Below, one piece after another: positions 8,582 to 17,753 of a stretch of 32,000 bases of DNA. Each line of letters starts with the position of its first letter. Position 1 is the stretch's first letter. The notes below the pieces were generated by a model that saw only the letters and a list, made by a program, of their open reading frames with translations, was not told the DNA's origin and made no database searches. The stretch comes from Eubacterium sp. (GTDB lineage: Bacteria > Bacillota > Clostridia > Lachnospirales > Lachnospiraceae), in assembly GCA_024698585.1 (NCBI GenBank), contig JAILRB010000043.1:20682-52681 (forward strand). The letters run 5' to 3'. The position numbers and the translations under genes are program-made.

Positions 8582-9634
8582 TTAGTCAAACAGCTCTTTC
8601 ATAACTGCTTTTACACTTTTGATTTCTTTTTCCTCTCCCACTTTTGCGCCACAGAAAATCAGGGCATCGTCCACCCGGCCTTTAGCCGCCTGAATCAACC
8701 GTTCCGTAATGCAATAAGGAATTTCTTTCGGATTACACTGTTTCATACACCCCAGACACTTCTGAGGAGTGAATTGTTTTCCTGACGCCACTTTTTTTAT
8801 GAAAGAATTTTCCAGGGCTCTTCCCGGCATTCCCACCGGACTTTGAACAATCACCGCATCTTCGTTTTTCGCCTGAAGATACGCCTGCTTATACCGTTCA
8901 TCCGCGTCACACTCAACAGTAGGAACAAACTTTGTCGCCACTTGCACGCCCTGGGCTCCTAAGGAAAATGCTCTTTCCACATCCTGCTTTGTTCGGATTC
9001 CTCCGGCAAGCACCACAGGAATCTGTTTTTTATACTGCTCCCCGTACTTTTTTACCACAGAAATGATCCGCTCGATTTCCTCTTCGTAGTTTTTCATCTT
9101 TTCCTGAATTTCATCCTTACGAAACCCCAGATGTCCTCCTGCCTGAGGTCCTTCAATCACAACCAGGTCTGCAGTGCGACCGAATCGCTTATCCCATAAT
9201 CGAAGCAATACATTGGCTGCTTTTTCACTGGATACGATAGGAGCAATTTTCGTCTTGGACCCTTCCACATATTCCGGCAATTCCACCGGAAGTCCGGCTC
9301 CTGAAATAATCAGGTCAGCCCCCGCCTTCACAGCTTCCATGACATGATCCTTATAATGTCTCAATGCCACCATGATATTAAATCCAATAATTCCCTCCGG
9401 TGCGATGTTCCTTGCCTTTAAAAGTTCCTGACGAATGGCACGTAAATTCGCCTGAAAGGGATTCTCCATAAAGTCCGGCTCCCGGAATCCAATCTGTGCC
9501 GAGGAAATAATTCCCACACCACCTTCCTTTGCCACAGCACCTGCCAAACCGCCTAAAGAAATTCCTATGCCCATGCCGCCTTGAATCAAAGGCAGCTTTG
9601 CAGTCAATTCTCCGATTCTCAATCCTTCTATCAT
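8582..9634 (-). CDS. Nitronate monooxygenase / FabK-like FMN oxidoreductase paralog and last gene of the fab operon
   Basis: 350 aa. LPLIQGGMGIGISLGGLAGAVAKEGGVGIISSA is the NMO family N-terminus, and GGHLG and AGGIRT motifs are present. A C-terminal extension carries CLGCMKQCNPKEIPYC. Confidence 0.75.
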   Translation of the reverse strand: MIEGLRIGELTAKLPLIQGGMGIGISLGGLAGAVAKEGGVGIISSAQIGFREPDFMENPFQANLRAIRQELLKARNIAPEGIIGFNIMVALRHYKDHVMEAVKAGADLIISGAGLPVELPEYVEGSKTKIAPIVSSEKAANVLLRLWDKRFGRTADLVVIEGPQAGGHLGFRKDEIQEKMKNYEEEIERIISVVKKYGEQYKKQIPVVLAGGIRTKQDVERAFSLGAQGVQVATKFVPTVECDADERYKQAYLQAKNEDAVIVQSPVGMPGRALENSFIKKVASGKQFTPQKCLGCMKQCNPKEIPYCITERLIQAAKGRVDDALIFCGAKVGEEKEIKSVKAVMKELFD

Positions 9635-9648
9635 TCTACCTTCACCTG

Positions 9649-11331
9649 CTACATCTTTCTAAACCGTCGGTATCGTTGTTCCACCAATTCCGTTACCGAT
9701 AAGGTACTTTTTTCTTTGATGAACTGCACTAATGCACCATCCAGTTTTTCAATGACTTCCTTCATTTCATTGCGGGTATAGTGTTCCGGTTCTGAAAATA
9801 CTTTTTCAACAATCTTCATTTCTAATAAATCCATGGAAGTCATTTTCATCATATTGGCTGACTTTGACGCCAGTTTTCCGTCCTTTAAGAGAATGCTGGC
9901 ATACCCTTCCGGGCTCAGAATGGAATAAACAGAATTTTCCATCATCCATACTTCGTCAGCCACCGCCATTGCCAGGGCGCCACCGCTTCCCCCTTCTCCA
10001 ATAATGAGGGTAACAACCGGTGTCTTAAGCGCAGACATTTCCAATAAGTTTTCAGCAATTGCCTGTCCCTGTCCCCGCTGCTCTGCCTCGATTCCACAAA
10101 AAGCTCCCGGAGTATCCACCAGACAAATCACCGGTCTGTGGAATTTTTCCGCCTGTTTCATCAGACGCAATGCCTTGCGATATCCTTCCGGATTCGGCAT
10201 TCCAAAATTTCTATGAATGTTTTCCTTGGTATCGTGTCCCTTTGCCTGAGCAATCACCGTCACCGGCACACCGTGGAACGACGCCACACCACCGATTACG
10301 GCACTGTCATCCTGATAACAGCGATCTCCATGGAATTCATAGAAATCCGAAAACAATCGGTCAATATAATCCTGCGCCACCGGACGGTCATTCTTCCTGG
10401 AAATCAGCACACGCTCCCAAGGTGTTAACTGACTGTTTTTTCTCTTCTCCGGTTCTGCAGCAATATTCTGCTTTTCCAAACCGGTTCCGTGATTCTGATG
10501 TAATTTCAGTAAATCCGCCAGCGTCTGCTTCAGTTCCTGACGTTCCACAATCCGGTCAACAAATCCATGTTCCAATAAATATTCCGAACGTTGAAATCCC
10601 TTCGGTAATTTCTGCCCAATGGTCTGCTCAATCACGCGCGGTCCTGCAAATCCAATCAATGCCTTTGGCTCTGCCAGAATAATATTTCCTAGCATGGCAA
10701 AGCTGGCAGTCACTCCACCGGTTGTAGGATCTGTTAAAACGGAAATATACAGATTTCCCGATTCATGATGTCGTTGAATCGCTGCCGAGGTCTTTGCCAT
10801 CTGCATCAGGGATACCATCCCTTCCTGCATTCTAGCTCCACCGGAACAGGAAAAAATAATCAGGGGAAGATTTTTTTCTGTCGCTGTTTCCACAGTTCTC
10901 GTAATCTTTTCTCCCACGATTTTTCCCATACTTCCCATCAGGAACCGTCCATCCATCACTGCCACAGCAGCTGCAATTCCATGAATATCCACTTTCCCAC
11001 AGATAACCGCCTCGTCCAACCCCGTCTTCTTTCTCAGTTCTGCAACTTTGTCCTCGTATCCCGGAAATTCCAAAGGATTCTCCACTTCCATTCCCTCAAA
11101 CCACGGCTGAAAGCTTCCTTCATCTCCAATCATCTCGATTCGGCGTTTCGCATGAACCCGGAAATATCCGCCACACTTCGGACAAATATATCCGGCCTCT
11201 TTCACAGTCTTTGCCAGAACCGGTGTCTTACATTTTCTGCATTTTCTAAAAAGTCCATCAGGCACATCTTTCTGGTTCTTTACCGCAAAGCGTTTCTCCT
11301 GATTTTTCTTAATCAACATCTGAAGTTTCAA
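9649..11331 (-). CDS. accD/accA: Acetyl-CoA carboxylase carboxyltransferase, fused beta (AccD) and alpha (AccA) subunits
   Basis: 560 aa. The N-terminal Zn ribbon is CRKCKTPVLAKTVKEAGYICPKCGGYF, followed by the AccD core (GGARMQEG). After a short linker, residues about 300-560 are AccA (GMPNPEGYRKALRLMKQAEKF, DTPGAFCG, GEGGSGGALA). A TTG start has GGAGGA 5 nt upstream. Confidence 0.85.
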   Translation of the reverse strand: MKLQMLIKKNQEKRFAVKNQKDVPDGLFRKCRKCKTPVLAKTVKEAGYICPKCGGYFRVHAKRRIEMIGDEGSFQPWFEGMEVENPLEFPGYEDKVAELRKKTGLDEAVICGKVDIHGIAAAVAVMDGRFLMGSMGKIVGEKITRTVETATEKNLPLIIFSCSGGARMQEGMVSLMQMAKTSAAIQRHHESGNLYISVLTDPTTGGVTASFAMLGNIILAEPKALIGFAGPRVIEQTIGQKLPKGFQRSEYLLEHGFVDRIVERQELKQTLADLLKLHQNHGTGLEKQNIAAEPEKRKNSQLTPWERVLISRKNDRPVAQDYIDRLFSDFYEFHGDRCYQDDSAVIGGVASFHGVPVTVIAQAKGHDTKENIHRNFGMPNPEGYRKALRLMKQAEKFHRPVICLVDTPGAFCGIEAEQRGQGQAIAENLLEMSALKTPVVTLIIGEGGSGGALAMAVADEVWMMENSVYSILSPEGYASILLKDGKLASKSANMMKMTSMDLLEMKIVEKVFSEPEHYTRNEMKEVIEKLDGALVQFIKEKSTLSVTELVEQRYRRFRKM

Positions 11332-11342
11332 TTACATCCTCC

Positions 11343-12692
11343 TTAGGGAATTCGTTCATTGAATCCCTCTATAAATTCCACATCATAATTCCCCTGTCTG
11401 AAAATGTGGTCACACAGAATATCGTACAGGTAATCCACATTGGAAGTAATTCCTTCGATAACCACTTCTCCCAATGCCCGCTGCATTTTCTGAATTGCTT
11501 CTTCCCTGTTTTTTCCGTGAACAATTAATTTCGCCAACATGGAGTCATAAAACGGCGAGACATCATAGCCGGAATAAATGGCAGAATCCACACGAACTCC
11601 GTTTCCTCCCGGCATATAAATCCCGGAAATATGTCCCGGACAAGGCACGAAATTCTTTCTCGGATTTTCTGCATTGATTCGACATTCAATCGCGTGGCCT
11701 TTCGGCAACACATCCTGCTGGGAAACAGAAAGTTCCTCTCCGGAAGCAATGCGAATCTGCTCCTTAATCATATCCAGTCCTGTTACCATCTCGGTAACCG
11801 GATGTTCCACCTGGATTCTTGTATTCATTTCCATGAAATAGAATTCCCCGGTTCGTTCCAGCAGGAATTCAATGGTTCCTGCACTTTCATATGCCACAGC
11901 TTTTGCGGCACGAATGGCCATCTGAGCCATCTTTTCTCTCGTCTCATCATCCAGGACAATGGTCGGAGATTCTTCAATCATCTTCTGATGATTTCGTTGT
12001 ACCGAGCAATCACGTTCTCCCAGATGAATGATATTCCCATGGGAATCTGCCATAATCTGAAACTCAATGTGTCTCGGATGTTCTATGTAATGTTCAATGT
12101 ACATTCTTCCATCGCCGAATGCCATTTCACTTTCTTTCTTCGCTGTATTGAATGCGCTCTCAAACTGGGAATCATCATAAGCCACACGCATTCCTTTTCC
12201 ACCGCCCCCTAAGGCTGCTTTAATAATCACCGGATATCCGATTTCTTTTGCCAGGGTTCTTCCCACCTGACACTCAGTCACTTCCTGATCACTGCCCGGA
12301 ATGACCGGAACCCCTGCCTGAATCATGGTTTCTCGTGCCAAGGCCTTATTTCCCATCTTTCTGATAATGGCAGAGGAAGGTCCCACGAATTTCATATTGC
12401 ACTGTTCGCATAATTCCACGAACTCCGCATTTTCCGAAAGGAACCCTACACCGGGATGAATGGCATCTGCTCCTGCAGATACTGCTGCACTCATAATACT
12501 TTCCATATTCAGATAACTGTCGCTGGACTTAGTCTCACCAATACAGATTGCCTCATCTGCCAGCTGGGTATGCAATGCCTCCCGGTCCGCAACGGAATAA
12601 ACCGCAACGGTTTCAATTCCCATTTCTCTACAAGCCCTGATAATTCTCACTGCAATTTCGCCTCGATTGGCAATTAACAATTTACGTATCAT
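11343..12692 (-). CDS. accC: Acetyl-CoA carboxylase biotin carboxylase subunit
   Basis: MIRKLLIANRGEIAVRIIRACREMGI, plus GGGGKGMRV and EMNTRIQVEHPVTE. I preferred the ATG at 12692 (GGGGAG 9 nt upstream) to the TTG at 12698 used by the track. Confidence 0.92.
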   Translation of the reverse strand: MIRKLLIANRGEIAVRIIRACREMGIETVAVYSVADREALHTQLADEAICIGETKSSDSYLNMESIMSAAVSAGADAIHPGVGFLSENAEFVELCEQCNMKFVGPSSAIIRKMGNKALARETMIQAGVPVIPGSDQEVTECQVGRTLAKEIGYPVIIKAALGGGGKGMRVAYDDSQFESAFNTAKKESEMAFGDGRMYIEHYIEHPRHIEFQIMADSHGNIIHLGERDCSVQRNHQKMIEESPTIVLDDETREKMAQMAIRAAKAVAYESAGTIEFLLERTGEFYFMEMNTRIQVEHPVTEMVTGLDMIKEQIRIASGEELSVSQQDVLPKGHAIECRINAENPRKNFVPCPGHISGIYMPGGNGVRVDSAIYSGYDVSPFYDSMLAKLIVHGKNREEAIQKMQRALGEVVIEGITSNVDYLYDILCDHIFRQGNYDVEFIEGFNERIP

Positions 12693-12698
12693 TTCCAA

Positions 12699-13130
12699 TT
12701 ACTCCCCTATCACGAACGTTAGCTCTGCATTGGCCACCACTTTGCCATCTACGCTGGCTACTGCTTTTCCTACACCGACAGGTCCCATTTTCTTAATGAT
12801 GGTCGTCTCCAGTTTCAATTTGTCTCCCGGCTTCACCATACCACGGAAACGACACTTCTGAATTCCTCCAAAGAAAGCTGTCTTTCCCTGATGTTCTTCC
12901 AGACTTAAGATTGCCACGGCACCCACCTGTGCCAGCGCCTCAATGGTCAACACTCCCGGCATCACCGGCTGCCCCGGAAAATGCCCCTGAAAGAAATCCT
13001 CCCGGTAGGTTACACATTTATAGCCCACCGCATATTCTCCGGGCTTAAAATCCTCAATATAATCCACTAAAAGAAAGGGATGTCTGTGGGGAATAATTTT
13101 CTGAATTTCCTTAATATCCAAATGATTCAT
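12699..13130 (-). CDS. fabZ: 3-hydroxyacyl-ACP dehydratase
   Basis: LPHRHPFLLVD...FFQGHFPG.PVMPGVL signature. I preferred the ATG at 13130 (AGGGAG RBS) to the upstream TTG at 13148, which overlaps the accB stop. Confidence 0.92.
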   Translation of the reverse strand: MNHLDIKEIQKIIPHRHPFLLVDYIEDFKPGEYAVGYKCVTYREDFFQGHFPGQPVMPGVLTIEALAQVGAVAILSLEEHQGKTAFFGGIQKCRFRGMVKPGDKLKLETTIIKKMGPVGVGKAVASVDGKVVANAELTFVIGE

Positions 13131-13140
13131 GTTTTTCTCC

Positions 13141-13584
13141 CTAAACAATTACTAACGGCTGTCCATATTCAACCATCTGACCGTTTTCTACTAAGATTTC
13201 CTTAACGGTTCCGTCAAATTCACTTTCGATTTCATTCATTAGTTTCATTGCTTCCACAATGGCAATTACCTGACCTTTATGAACCTGGTCTCCCACTTTC
13301 ACAAAAGGATCTGCCCCTTCTGCCGGAGCCAGATATACCGTTCCCACCAAAGGAGTCTTGATTTCCCTTCCCGGTTCCTGAGGTTCGCTGACAACCGGTT
13401 CCTCCGTTTTTTGTGGATTCTGTACCGCTTCTTTCTTTGGCACTTCCGTCATTTCCTGTACCGGAAGAACCTTGTCATCATTCTTTCCTAAAAGAATCTC
13501 AATGTTCCCTTCCCGGTACTGAAAGGAGGTCAGTTCTGAATCCGACACTGCCTGAATCAGTTCTTTCATTTTGCTTATATCCAT
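13141..13584 (-). CDS. accB: Biotin carboxyl carrier protein
   Basis: 147 aa with a Pro/Glu-rich linker and the biotinylation motif VEAMKLMNEIE. Confidence 0.9.
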   Translation of the reverse strand: MDISKMKELIQAVSDSELTSFQYREGNIEILLGKNDDKVLPVQEMTEVPKKEAVQNPQKTEEPVVSEPQEPGREIKTPLVGTVYLAPAEGADPFVKVGDQVHKGQVIAIVEAMKLMNEIESEFDGTVKEILVENGQMVEYGQPLVIV

Positions 13585-13595
13585 GGTTTCACCTC

Positions 13596-14831
13596 TTATG
13601 CCTCATATTTTTTTAATGCCAGGGTGGCATTGTGACCACCAAACCCTAAGGAATTGGTTAACGCGATATTTACCTGCTGCTGCAATGGCTGATGCAACAC
13701 GTAATCCAGATCACATTCTTCATCTGCTTTCGTCGTTCCCACAGTCTGATGAATGAAATTGTCTTCCATGGATTTCACACAGGCAATCAGTTCCACACCA
13801 CCGGCTGCACCCAACAGATGCCCAATCAGAGACTTGGTGGAATTCACCTTCACATCATAAGCTGCATCTCCTAATGCCAACTTAATTGCACGGGTCTCAA
13901 ACAAGTCATTATGATGAGTTCCTGTTCCATGAGCATTGATATAATCCACCTCAGATGGGGCAATGCCTGCTTCCTGCATTGCCAGTTCCATTGCCTTGGC
14001 TGCTCCTTCTCCATTTTCAGCCGGAGAGGTAATATGATATGCGTCACAGGTTGCTCCGTAACCAACGACTTCTGCCAAAATGGTTGCTCCACGCTTTTTC
14101 GCATGTTCCAGTTCTTCCAGAACCACTACGCCGGCACCTTCTCCAATGACAAATCCACCACGGTTCTGATCAAATGGCAAGGATGCCTGATCCGGATTTG
14201 TAGCCTTCGTCAATGCTGTCAGGCTGGAAAAACCTGCCACACCCAGTGGAGTAATTCCTGCCTCAGTGCCTCCTGCCAACATCACATCTGCATCTCCCAT
14301 CTGAATGGTACGATATGCTTCTCCGATACAATGAGTTCCTGTGGCACAAGCAGTGACTACATTCATGTTCTTTCCCTTCAATCCTAAGTCAATTGCCACA
14401 TTGCCTGCTGCCATATTGGTAATCATCATTGGAACTAAAAGCGGTTTTACCCTGCCCGGTCCTTTTTCCAATAACTTCTTTTCTTCGGATTCCATATCCT
14501 GAAGTCCACCGATCCCGGAACCGATGCAGACTCCGATGCGGAAGGGATCTTCCTGTTCCAGATTCAGACCGGACTGTTCCCATGCTTCTCTGGAAGCACA
14601 GACTGCATACTGGGAAAATGGTGACATTCTCTTCGCCGCCTTAAAGTCCATGCGTTCTTTCGGCACAAAGTCCTTCACTTCTGCCGCCAGTTTAACCTCG
14701 AATGCTTCCGTATCAAATTTTGTAATTTCCCGAATTCCGTGTTTTCCTTCTTTTACACGTTTCCAAAACGCTTCTACACTATTACCGATTGGAGTAATGG
14801 CTCCCATACCGGTTACAACAACTCTCTTCAT
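13596..14831 (-). CDS. fabF: 3-oxoacyl-ACP synthase II
   Basis: 411 aa. MKRVVVTGMGAITPIG, an active-site ACATG, HGTGT and GFGGHN. Confidence 0.92.
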   Translation of the reverse strand: MKRVVVTGMGAITPIGNSVEAFWKRVKEGKHGIREITKFDTEAFEVKLAAEVKDFVPKERMDFKAAKRMSPFSQYAVCASREAWEQSGLNLEQEDPFRIGVCIGSGIGGLQDMESEEKKLLEKGPGRVKPLLVPMMITNMAAGNVAIDLGLKGKNMNVVTACATGTHCIGEAYRTIQMGDADVMLAGGTEAGITPLGVAGFSSLTALTKATNPDQASLPFDQNRGGFVIGEGAGVVVLEELEHAKKRGATILAEVVGYGATCDAYHITSPAENGEGAAKAMELAMQEAGIAPSEVDYINAHGTGTHHNDLFETRAIKLALGDAAYDVKVNSTKSLIGHLLGAAGGVELIACVKSMEDNFIHQTVGTTKADEECDLDYVLHQPLQQQVNIALTNSLGFGGHNATLALKKYEA

Positions 14832-14856
14832 TTTGCTCCTCCAAAATCAGAACCTG

Positions 14857-15591
14857 CTACATTCCACCATCTACGCGAAGTACCTGTCCGGTAATGTAAC
14901 TGCTCTCTTCTCCTGCCAGAAACGCCACTGCGTTTGCTATCTCTTCCGGGGTTCCGAAACGCCCCATTGCCATCTGTGTCTTTGCTGCTTCTTTCACGGC
15001 ATCGGAAAGCTGATCCGTCATGTCGCTTTTCACAAATCCCGGTGCCACTGCATTCACTCGTACATTTCTTCCTGCCAGTTCTCTGGCGGCTGACTTTGTC
15101 ATTCCAATGACCCCTGCCTTGGATGCAGAATAATTCACTTGTCCCGGATTTCCGAAGATTCCGGAAACGGAAGAAATATTGACAATACTTCCACTCTTTT
15201 TCTTAATCATGTATCTGGAAACAAATCTCATACAATGAAAGGCCCCCTTCAGATTCGTCTGAATGACCCTGTCAAAGTCTTCCTCACTCATAGCCATTAA
15301 CAATCCGTCTTTCGTTACCCCTGCGTTATTCACAAGAATGTCAATTTTTCCACATTCCTTGTAAATGGTATCTATCATTTCCTTGCAGGCATCAAAATCA
15401 GATACGTCGCACTGTACTGTATGAGCACAGCCACCCTGCTCCTGAATTTCCACCGCCACATGTTTCGCTGCTTCCTCAGAGCCGCAGTAGTTGATGTAAA
15501 CAGTAGCACCTTCTCCTGCCAGTTTCTTTGCAATTGCCGCACCGATTCCTCTGGAGGCTCCGGTTACAATTGCCACCTTTCCTTCTAACAT
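14857..15591 (-). CDS. fabG: 3-oxoacyl-ACP reductase (SDR)
   Basis: 244 aa. GKVAIVTGASRGIG, NNAG and YSASKAG. Confidence 0.9.
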   Translation of the reverse strand: MLEGKVAIVTGASRGIGAAIAKKLAGEGATVYINYCGSEEAAKHVAVEIQEQGGCAHTVQCDVSDFDACKEMIDTIYKECGKIDILVNNAGVTKDGLLMAMSEEDFDRVIQTNLKGAFHCMRFVSRYMIKKKSGSIVNISSVSGIFGNPGQVNYSASKAGVIGMTKSAARELAGRNVRVNAVAPGFVKSDMTDQLSDAVKEAAKTQMAMGRFGTPEEIANAVAFLAGEESSYITGQVLRVDGGM

Positions 15592-16505
15592 AATCTCTCC
15601 TTTAATATCTTCACATCTTCCAGGGTGCTGACGTTATAAACCGTCACGCTTCGGTCAATTTTTCGTAAAAATCCTGCCAGTGTTTTTCCCGGTCCGATTT
15701 CCACAAAGGTATCGATTCCTAAGTCAATCATGTTTCTCATGGACTGCTCCCACAAAACGGAAGAGGAAATCTGCTGCTTTAACAATCCCTTGGTCTGACT
15801 GATTTCTTCTACCGGTTCTGCATTGACATTGGTTACATAAGGAATCTTTAAGGTACTCCAGGAAACCTGATTCAGTTCTTTTTCCAGAGCTTCCCCTGCC
15901 GTTTTCAGATATTCGGAGTGAAATGCGCCGCTGACCTTTAATGGAATGGTTCGCTTGGCACCGGCTTCCTGCAATGCTTCTCCGGCTTCCTTCACTGCCT
16001 CTGTCTTTCCCGTAATCACAATTTGGCCCGGACAGTTATAATTGGCTACGGAAGCACCTTCGATGGATTCCATTACCTGTTCCACCACAGTATTCTCTAG
16101 TCCAAGAATTGCCATCATGGCTCCCTGTTGATCCGGCATTGCTTCATCCATAAGAATCCCTCGTTTTCTCACGGTTTTAATGGCATCCATTTCATCCATG
16201 CCCCCTGCCGTGGCAATGGCTGCATATTCTCCCAGACTCAGACCCGCAGTCATTTCCGGACAAATATTTTCTTCCAATAAATGATTGGTAATGGCAAGAC
16301 AGGTCGTCACCATTGCCGGCTGGGTATATTTTGTATCATTAATTTCTTCATTGTCTTCAAAGCAAAGGGACAGCAGGTCGAAGTCCAGTGTTTCGTTAGC
16401 CTGGTCAAACAAGGTTCTTGCCACAGGACTCTGCTCATAAAAGTCCTTTCCCATACCTACCTTCTGTGCTCCCTGACCGGGATAAATAAATGCGATTCTA
16501 CTCAT
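15585..16505 (-). CDS. fabD: Malonyl-CoA:ACP transacylase
   Basis: 306 aa. FIYPGQGAQ, GLSLGEY and SGAFHS. Confidence 0.92.
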   Translation of the reverse strand: MSRIAFIYPGQGAQKVGMGKDFYEQSPVARTLFDQANETLDFDLLSLCFEDNEEINDTKYTQPAMVTTCLAITNHLLEENICPEMTAGLSLGEYAAIATAGGMDEMDAIKTVRKRGILMDEAMPDQQGAMMAILGLENTVVEQVMESIEGASVANYNCPGQIVITGKTEAVKEAGEALQEAGAKRTIPLKVSGAFHSEYLKTAGEALEKELNQVSWSTLKIPYVTNVNAEPVEEISQTKGLLKQQISSSVLWEQSMRNMIDLGIDTFVEIGPGKTLAGFLRKIDRSVTVYNVSTLEDVKILKERLC

Positions 16506-17445
16506 TGTAATACCTCTTCTGATTTTCTGTTATTGTCTCCTGCATCTGACGCATCAGATTTTGAATCAAAACTCCGCAGGTGGTGGATTCCTTGACCAGC
16601 CCTGCAATCTGACCTGCCATGACGCTACCGTTTACTGTATCGCCATCCACCACGGCTTTTCTAAGTCCTCCCAAAGTCAGGCGTTCCAGTTCCTCTAAAG
16701 TGGCGCCTTCCCCTTCCCGTTTGAGATATTCCCGGGTCATCTTGTTTCGTAAGGTTCGCACCGGATGTCCTGTGGTTCTTCCGGTTACTTTGGAGTCAAT
16801 GTCCTTGGCACTTAACACCTTCTGCTTATAGTGTTCGTGAATATTGCATTCCTCTGTTACAAGAAATGCAGTCCCCATCTGAACCGCATCAGCACCCATC
16901 ATGAATGCTGCTGCGATGCCTCTGCCGTCGCCGATTCCTCCTGCTGCAATGACCGGAATGTCTACCGCATCCACCACCTGTGGAACCAATGCCATAGTCG
17001 TGGTTTCTCCGATATGTCCTCCGGACTCCGTGCCTTCTGCTACCACTGCATCTGCTCCGGCACGTTCCATCATTTTCGCCATTGCCACGGAAGCCACTAC
17101 CGGAATCACTTTCATTCCCGCAGCCTTCCAGGATTCCATGTACTTCGATGGATTTCCTGCTCCTGTGGTAACCACCGGAACCCCTTCCTCTACAAGTACT
17201 TTTGCGATATTGTCCGCATCCGGATTCATCAGCATTACGTTTACGCCAAAAGGCTTGTCACAAAGTTCTTTTGTTTTTCGAATCTGGTCTCTGACAAACG
17301 CAGCGTCCGCACCACCGGCACCGATAATTCCCAATCCACCGGCATTGGATACCGCAGCTGCCAGATGGTAATCCGCTACCCAGGCCATGCCCCCCTGAAT
17401 GACAGGATATTGAATTTGCAAAAGTTCTGTAATCTTTGTCTTCAT
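16498..17445 (-). CDS. fabK: Enoyl-ACP reductase II (FMN-dependent, FabK type)
   Basis: 315 aa. MKTKITELLQIQYPVIQGGMAWVADYHLAAAVSNAGGLGIIG is near-colinear with the S. pneumoniae FabK N-terminus as I recall it. Position between acpP and fabD supports the call. Confidence 0.88.
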   Translation of the reverse strand: MKTKITELLQIQYPVIQGGMAWVADYHLAAAVSNAGGLGIIGAGGADAAFVRDQIRKTKELCDKPFGVNVMLMNPDADNIAKVLVEEGVPVVTTGAGNPSKYMESWKAAGMKVIPVVASVAMAKMMERAGADAVVAEGTESGGHIGETTTMALVPQVVDAVDIPVIAAGGIGDGRGIAAAFMMGADAVQMGTAFLVTEECNIHEHYKQKVLSAKDIDSKVTGRTTGHPVRTLRNKMTREYLKREGEGATLEELERLTLGGLRKAVVDGDTVNGSVMAGQIAGLVKESTTCGVLIQNLMRQMQETITENQKRYYNE

Positions 17446-17466
17446 TCAGTCCTTCTCCCTATCTGC

Positions 17467-17691
17467 TTACTGATGTGATTCGATATACTTTAATACATCC
17501 CCAACAGTATTGATGGTTTCTAATTCTTCTGTTGGAATCTTCACACCGAATTCATCTTCGATTCTCATAACTAATTCAAATAAGTCTAAGGAATCTGCTC
17601 CTAAATCATCCTTAAAGGAAACACTTTCTGTTACCTGTGACTCTTCTACTCCTAATTCCTCAACAATCATTTCTTTAATCTGTTCAAACAT
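17467..17691 (-). CDS. acpP: Acyl carrier protein
   Basis: 74 aa, acidic, with the phosphopantetheine-site motif DLGADSLD. Confidence 0.92.
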   Translation of the reverse strand: MFEQIKEMIVEELGVEESQVTESVSFKDDLGADSLDLFELVMRIEDEFGVKIPTEELETINTVGDVLKYIESHQ

Positions 17692-17753
17692 TTTCTTAAT
17701 TCCTTTCTTGTGTTTGTTTTATATTTTTCAGCCTCTGGCTGCAAATACCATAG

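Noticed and set aside
10059-10682. A 207-aa plus-strand ORF antisense to accD/accA. Similar antisense ORFs lie at 10765-11346, 11631-12212, 13911-14387 and 14524-15093.
   Set aside because: These ORFs are Pro/Ser/His-rich, low-complexity translations with no RBS or promoter. They lie entirely inside strongly supported, conserved genes on the other strand. This is the typical shadow-ORF pattern.
16831-17478. 215-aa and 156-aa plus-strand ORFs antisense to fabK
   Set aside because: These are mirror frames of a Gly/Ala-rich gene, giving Ala/Pro/Ser/Thr- or Cys/His-rich products. They have no translation signals and are judged spurious.
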